Shown piece after piece: positions 7,791-12,611 of a stretch of 12,611 nt of DNA. The notes beneath the pieces were generated by a model. It was not told the DNA's origin. It worked only from the letters and a program-made list of their open reading frames with translations, and did no database searches. The stretch is from Octopus sinensis. Its lineage: Eukaryota. Made by a program: the position numbers and the translations under genes. Within the stretch, counting starts at the first letter, position 1. Each line of letters opens with the position of its first letter. The DNA lies in contig NW_021826500.1 in NCBI RefSeq assembly GCF_006345805.1, forward strand, positions 1 through 12,611. The letters run 5' to 3'.

Positions 7791-8346
7791 GTAAGTATCA
7801 TTGTGATAAAAGAAAGGATGACCTAATTTCATTTGAACAGATTAGGTTTATTCAGAGAAGATTACTTTGCTAATCAATGGAAACAATAAGCAAACGAATA
7901 TAGCGATTATTTTCTATGCAGTTACTCAGATGTATTTATACATGAAATTTTGGAGACAACTGTGATGTCTATGTGTTCCTGCATGGGACTGTGTTTGTAT
8001 TTGGTTTGCAGATGTACTTTAAGAGTATATAATTTATGCATGATTATATATAGGAAATGAAGATTAAAGAAGTGTGGTATTGAGTGAGGTTATGTACGTC
8101 GGTGTCTGTGTGTCTTGTCTTTGATTACACAAGTGTAGATAAGTGTGCTCCAGCTATGAATGGAGTATAACGGCGCAAGAGTAGACAATGACAAAAGTAA
8201 AAATAGCGAGGCGAGACTGGTTTTTATCCTGGCAAAACAGTCTACTATATTTCGGCAGGTAAATGTTTGATGAAGTGGACAAGAATTAATGTTAACACCC
8301 GTTAAAGGAATTCGGAAAGACAGCTGAGACTTCAGTTTTGAGATAA

Positions 8347-8560
8347 TGCAGCAAATGGCAGAATCGTTAGCACGCCGGGTGAAATGCTTAGCAGTATTTC
8401 GTCTGCCACTACGTTCTGAGTTCAAATTCCGCTGAGGTCGACATTGCCTTTCATGCTTTCGGGTCGATAAATTAAGTACCAGTTACGCACTGGGGTCGAT
8501 ATAATCGACTTAATCCGTTTGTCTGTCTGTTTGTCCCTTCTGTGTTTAGCCCCTTGTGAG
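8347..8560 (+). mobile_element. tRNA-derived SINE, second family, well-preserved copy
   Basis: Box A-like TGGCAGAATCG and Box B GAGTTCAAATTCC, central gaggtcgacattgcctttcat..gggtcgataaattaagtaccag domain; two homologues in the window. Confidence 0.9.
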
Positions 8561-8619
8561 ATGAGAATATGTTGAATAAAATCATAATTAACTGATCCTT
8601 CTGTATTTTCTTTACCTAG

Positions 8620-8645
8620 AATAAGGAACCTTACAGCACTCCTTC
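8620..8645 (+). other. Candidate 26-nt micro-exon
   Basis: Branch-point-like CTGAT (8592-8596), long pyrimidine tract ccttctgtattttctttacctAG, donor TTC|GTGAGT (8646-8651). Confidence 0.4.
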
Positions 8646-8649
8646 GTGA

Positions 8650-8650
<1 letters not shown>

Positions 8651-8698
<48 letters not shown>
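8651..8698. repeat. (TA)n microsatellite
   Basis: Read directly from the sequence. Confidence 0.97.
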
Positions 8699-8703
<5 letters not shown>

Positions 8704-8991
8704 TAAAATAATATTGCCAACTAAATGTGGAGATTCTATAGAGGACGAGCTACTGTTGATTTTAAACCACAGGAGGATATTTCTTCCAGCTGGCCAACGA
8801 CACGCTGTCTGTGTCTGATTAATATTTCCGAGGGAAAAGAAAAAGGTGTATCCTTTGCTCTACTTCAGAAAGAGAAAAATAAAAGAAAAGAACCAGAGCA
8901 TATCAGGATACTTGGGAGAGGTGATTAACATTTCGAGACTTTGCTCTTCAGCAGAAAGGTTACCATCACATCCACTTTTTGGACTCACGAT

Positions 8992-9040
8992 ATACATACA
9001 TACATACATACAGATCTTCATACATACATACATACACGCA
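8992..9040. repeat. (TACA)n microsatellite, interrupted
   Basis: Read directly from the sequence. Confidence 0.9.
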
Positions 9041-9045
9041 CGCGT

Positions 9046-9265
9046 GGCGTTTTGTATTTTTGCAAAGTAATACATTTTACTTAACTCCAGTCCTCACAAT
9101 TGTAACTGGGTAAATCTGCGAGCGACCTTCCGATCGGATGACGGTGCCGAGAGGTGGTAAGAAATGTCGGCCTGTTCGCATAATTAAAACGGTGCGGAGT
9201 ACATTGTGACCAGCGATGTGTAACAACATAGAATAGTCTCTTCTCGGTAATGTCATCCTATGATA
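9046..9265 (+). mobile_element. 5'-truncated CORE-type SINE with a different 3' body
   Basis: ggcgttttgtattttgcaaagtaatacattttacttaactccagtc aligns loosely with the CORE-like segment of 4496-4744 (reverse complement). The downstream gtaagaaatgtcggcctg..cattgtgaccagcgatgtg resembles a recalled octopus repeat. Confidence 0.5.
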
Positions 9266-10054
9266 CATGTGTGTTTATGTGTGTGAGTGGAAGAGAGAAA
9301 GAGTGAGAGAGAGGGAGAGGTGGAGAGAGCGCTCTGTTGACATACCTTTTTGTATTTGCTCATGAAAATGCTTCTGTAAAAACCACCCAAGGAGATGTAC
9401 AATGGGGTCGAGCTATCAAACCAGTAACCGATTGATTACAAAAAAAATTCGCTCACCAAGAAGCCATTTTCTTTATCTACCCACACGATATCACTTAAGA
9501 AATGTTAATACAACATTCGATTTAAAACTATTGGCAAAGCAATAGATAAAATATTTATTTCTTACCAATAAGTAAATAAATAAATATATAAATAAATATG
9601 TAAAGTACCTCTTGAGGAATATTGAGGCGATATTGGATTAAATTTTATTGGTGAAACAACTGAACATTTCGATTCTAACAACAGTAAAATTGCCCCTTCA
9701 AGAAATGTGTCAATTTTGCTAAGATCAAAGCGTTCTGGTAGCATTATAAAAGAGAGCACTTCTTAGAACTGTAGTTTTGTTGGTTATCCTTTTTTCGTTT
9801 AGGTGTATTGCTTTAATCGATGTTTGATGTTACTGAAATCGTTTTGGTAAAATTAAAATTATGCACACAACATTCTATATCAATACATAGCTTGCTATAC
9901 TGACCTACATTTAAGAAACTTACCTGCCATGTTCGAAATAAAGATTTATGTAGTTTTATTCAGCCGCATAAAACCGATAATCGTGCAACCACTTGGAGAT
10001 TATCACGACAACATCAATGGCGTCGACGACAACCCCAAGTACAACAAGAATAAA

Positions 10055-10273
10055 AGTCCTTTTGTACTCTAAGCACAAGGCGTGGAATTTTCACTGGAGG
10101 GGACTAGTCGATTGCATCGACCCCAGTGTTCAACTGGTACTTATTTTTCATCGACACAGAAAATATTAAAAGCAAAGTTTACCTCGGCGGAACTGGACCA
10201 CAGGGCGAAATGGACGGACGAAATGTCGCTAAGCAATTTGCTCGGCATAATAACCATTCTTCTAGCTCGCCAC
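10055..10273 (-). mobile_element. tRNA-derived SINE, second family, diverged copy
   Basis: tcgattgcatcgaccccagtgttcaactggtacttattt..aaagtttacctcggcggaac..gctcgccac is the reverse complement of the 8347-8560 family. Confidence 0.85.
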
Positions 10274-10275
10274 TC

Positions 10276-10377
10276 TGATGATGATGATGACGACGACGAC
10301 GACGACGATGATGATGATGATGATGATGATGATGACGATGATGATGGCGTTGATGATGATGATGGTGATGATGATGG

Positions 10378-10410
<33 letters not shown>

Positions 10411-10494
10411 CGACGACGACGACGATGATGGTGATGTCGATGACGATGATGAGCAGGAAGAGAAGAATTGGTGGCGATGATGATGATGATGATG
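10276..10494. repeat. (GAT/GAC/GGT)n trinucleotide microsatellite
   Basis: Read directly; explains the poly-D/poly-M/poly-S ORFs. Confidence 0.95.
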
Positions 10495-10631
10495 GGAAAT
10501 AATAATCAAGTTGTACATGATCATGGTGGAAGTTGTCGTGGTGATGACGGTGATGGTGATGTTTTCGGAGGTGGTGGTCTTGTTGAGTAACAGAAAGAAT
10601 GAAACGTCGGTAATGGCGGCAGTTGCGTAAG

Positions 10632-10632
10632 G

Positions 10633-10663
<31 letters not shown>

Positions 10664-10790
10664 GATGATGAAGGAGTGAGGTTGTGGCCGGTGGCGTTGA
10701 CTATGCCGATGCTGATGATGATGATGATGAGCATGATGATGATTGTAATCATCGTCATCAATATCATCATCATCAGCAGCAGCAACATTA
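10632..10790. repeat. (GAT)n/(CAT)n/(CAG)n degenerate trinucleotide repeats
   Basis: Read directly from the sequence. Confidence 0.9.
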
Positions 10791-10877
10791 TGAAGACTTA
10801 ACTAACGGAGACGATGAAGTTTTATTGATACGAAATGAAAATGTGAAACAATCAGGAAGACAGATCGAAAACCAATG

Positions 10878-10975
10878 AGAGAGACGAGGAGAGTAAGAGA
10901 GAGAGAGAGAAAAAATAAAGAAGGAGAACAGAGAGACAAACAGAGTAAGTGAGTGAGAGGGGGAGATGGAGACAA
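10878..10975. repeat. GA-rich purine tract
   Basis: Read directly from the sequence. Confidence 0.8.
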
Positions 10976-11044
10976 TGAAAGATACACAACATGAAAATCA
11001 ATCAGGAGACAAAGATGGAAAATGAAGTGAGTGGTTTTACATTC

Positions 11045-11160
11045 ATATACACATATATAGATGTGTGTGTGTGAGTGTGTGTGTGCGTGTGTGTGAGTGC
11101 GGATGTGTGTGACAAACTATACGCACACATTTGTGTAAATATATATTATAATGTAGTAGG

Positions 11161-11201
<41 letters not shown>

Positions 11202-11296
11202 TAGGTATATGTATGTATACTGGCACATCCCTTCACATAGATATATTTATACGTTTATGTTGTAGAACGAGAATATATGGATTGTATACGCATATA

Positions 11297-11339
<43 letters not shown>

Positions 11340-11452
11340 AAAATAGATATACATATATATACGTATATATATGCATGTATATACAGATATATGTACATAT
11401 ATATATACGTATGTATATGTATATATACAAATAAATATGTACATGTATATAC

Positions 11453-11512
<60 letters not shown>

Positions 11513-11570
11513 TATATATATATGTATGTATGTATATATACATACGTACATACATGCACACATATATTTG
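11045..11570. repeat. Large (TA)/(GT)/(TATG) low-complexity tract
   Basis: Read directly; explains the YI/IY-rich ORFs. Confidence 0.95.
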
Positions 11571-11874
11571 TAAACACTGTCACTGTTCATGTGTATGTAT
11601 GTGTTGCAGTGAATGCCCGTACGTGAATGTGCGATATTATAAGGACCTGCTAATCCCCTTAATCTTAAAGATACACGAACGCGCAATAGTCCGTATTATA
11701 GAGAAGTAATTTATACTCCCATGTCTCTCTCGCTGTGTGTGTTTGCGTGTCTTTGATGCGCTGCGCGTGCATCTGTTATACGTAGTGGCTCGCTCGCACG
11801 CGCTCTGAAATGCATTCGTTATCGTCAATGTATTTATCTTCATTAATGCATGTTGATGAATATACATAAGTGCA

Positions 11875-12303
11875 TATATTTACATATATATATATATATA
11901 TATATATATTCGCACCAATACTCCTTATGTAACCGCACACAAACACACACATAAACGCATACATATATATCGATATATCGATGTATGTATTTATGTATAT
12001 ATGTATGTATGTATGTATGCATGTATGTATATATATATATTTATAAAGTCGGATAGATATAGATATATAGATATGTATGTATATATGAGTGCGTATGTGT
12101 GTATGCACGTGTCTGTATGTATTTGTTTAGGCATTTGCGTCCTTGTGTATTTGTACAAGAGAGGCAGAAAGACAGGCAGATACATATTACATATGCATAT
12201 GTGTATATATATGTATATATCTCTCTCTTGCTCCCCCCTCTCTCTCTATACATATATATGTATGTATGAATGTATATTTATATATATGTATAAGTATGTA
12301 TGA

Positions 12304-12334
<31 letters not shown>

Positions 12335-12590
12335 CAAACATATATATATATACATACTTATGTATATATAGAGAGACAGAGAGGGAGAGAGAGAGAGATC
12401 TTTTAGGTATTTCTACGTGTATGAAAGTGTACATCAGTCAATGTGCCTGCGTTCCGTTTTGTGTGAATGTGCTTCTATACGGTATGCCTGTGTGTGTCCG
12501 CTGCCTGTGTGTTTGTATGTCTGTTAGTGTGTGTGTGTTTGTGTGCGCATGCTTGTGTGTGCATGTGTGTGTGTCTGTGTGTCTGTCTAT
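11875..12590. repeat. Mixed (TA)/(TATG)/(GA)/(GT) low-complexity tract
   Basis: Read directly from the sequence. Confidence 0.9.
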
Positions 12591-12611
12591 CTTCAGCAAA
12601 TTCATCTCATC

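Noticed and set aside
8920-8960. Minus-strand CTGAAGA-gcaaagtctc-GAAA-tgtt, like a Penelope minimal hammerhead
   Set aside because: Stem II has only one pair and stem I does not form; at best a decayed remnant.
9976-10004. gataatc/gattatc imperfect hairpin
   Set aside because: A 7-bp stem is expected by chance in 12 kb of AT-rich DNA.
10082-10878. Poly-D, poly-M, poly-S and poly-H ORFs
   Set aside because: They are translations of (GAT)n-type microsatellites, and the 5' part overlaps a SINE; no domain content.
11043-12434. Many overlapping YI/IY-rich ORFs on both strands
   Set aside because: Artefacts of (TA)n/(TATG)n tracts that lack stop codons in several frames.
1-12611. CRISPR arrays, rRNA, genuine tRNA genes or prokaryotic operons
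   Set aside because: None seen. The tRNA-like boxes belong to SINE heads, and the sequence is eukaryotic in character.

Overview
AT-rich eukaryotic, mostly non-coding DNA packed with microsatellites ((TA)n, (GT)n, (GA)n, (GAT)n) and tRNA-derived SINEs. From recall, these SINE families match octopus (coleoid cephalopod) repeats; this needs BLAST confirmation. No ORF in the supplied track looks like a real gene. Several + strand segments with canonical splice signals (734-832, 2349-2424, 7345-7474, 7650-7790, 8620-8645) suggest the window lies inside a spliced transcript of unknown product. The key signal is two diverged, colinear ~300-nt structured elements on the + strand (~1022-1337 and ~4082-4465). 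Each carries an extended type I hammerhead ribozyme with Schistosoma-like architecture and a very short palindromic stem III. The copies share several covarying hairpins, and copy 2 has a compensatory U3:A8 catalytic core. One copy is bounded by a perfect 19-bp inverted repeat, the other by a perfect 24-bp direct repeat. They look like a ribozyme-bearing, retrozyme- or Penelope-related mobile RNA family.
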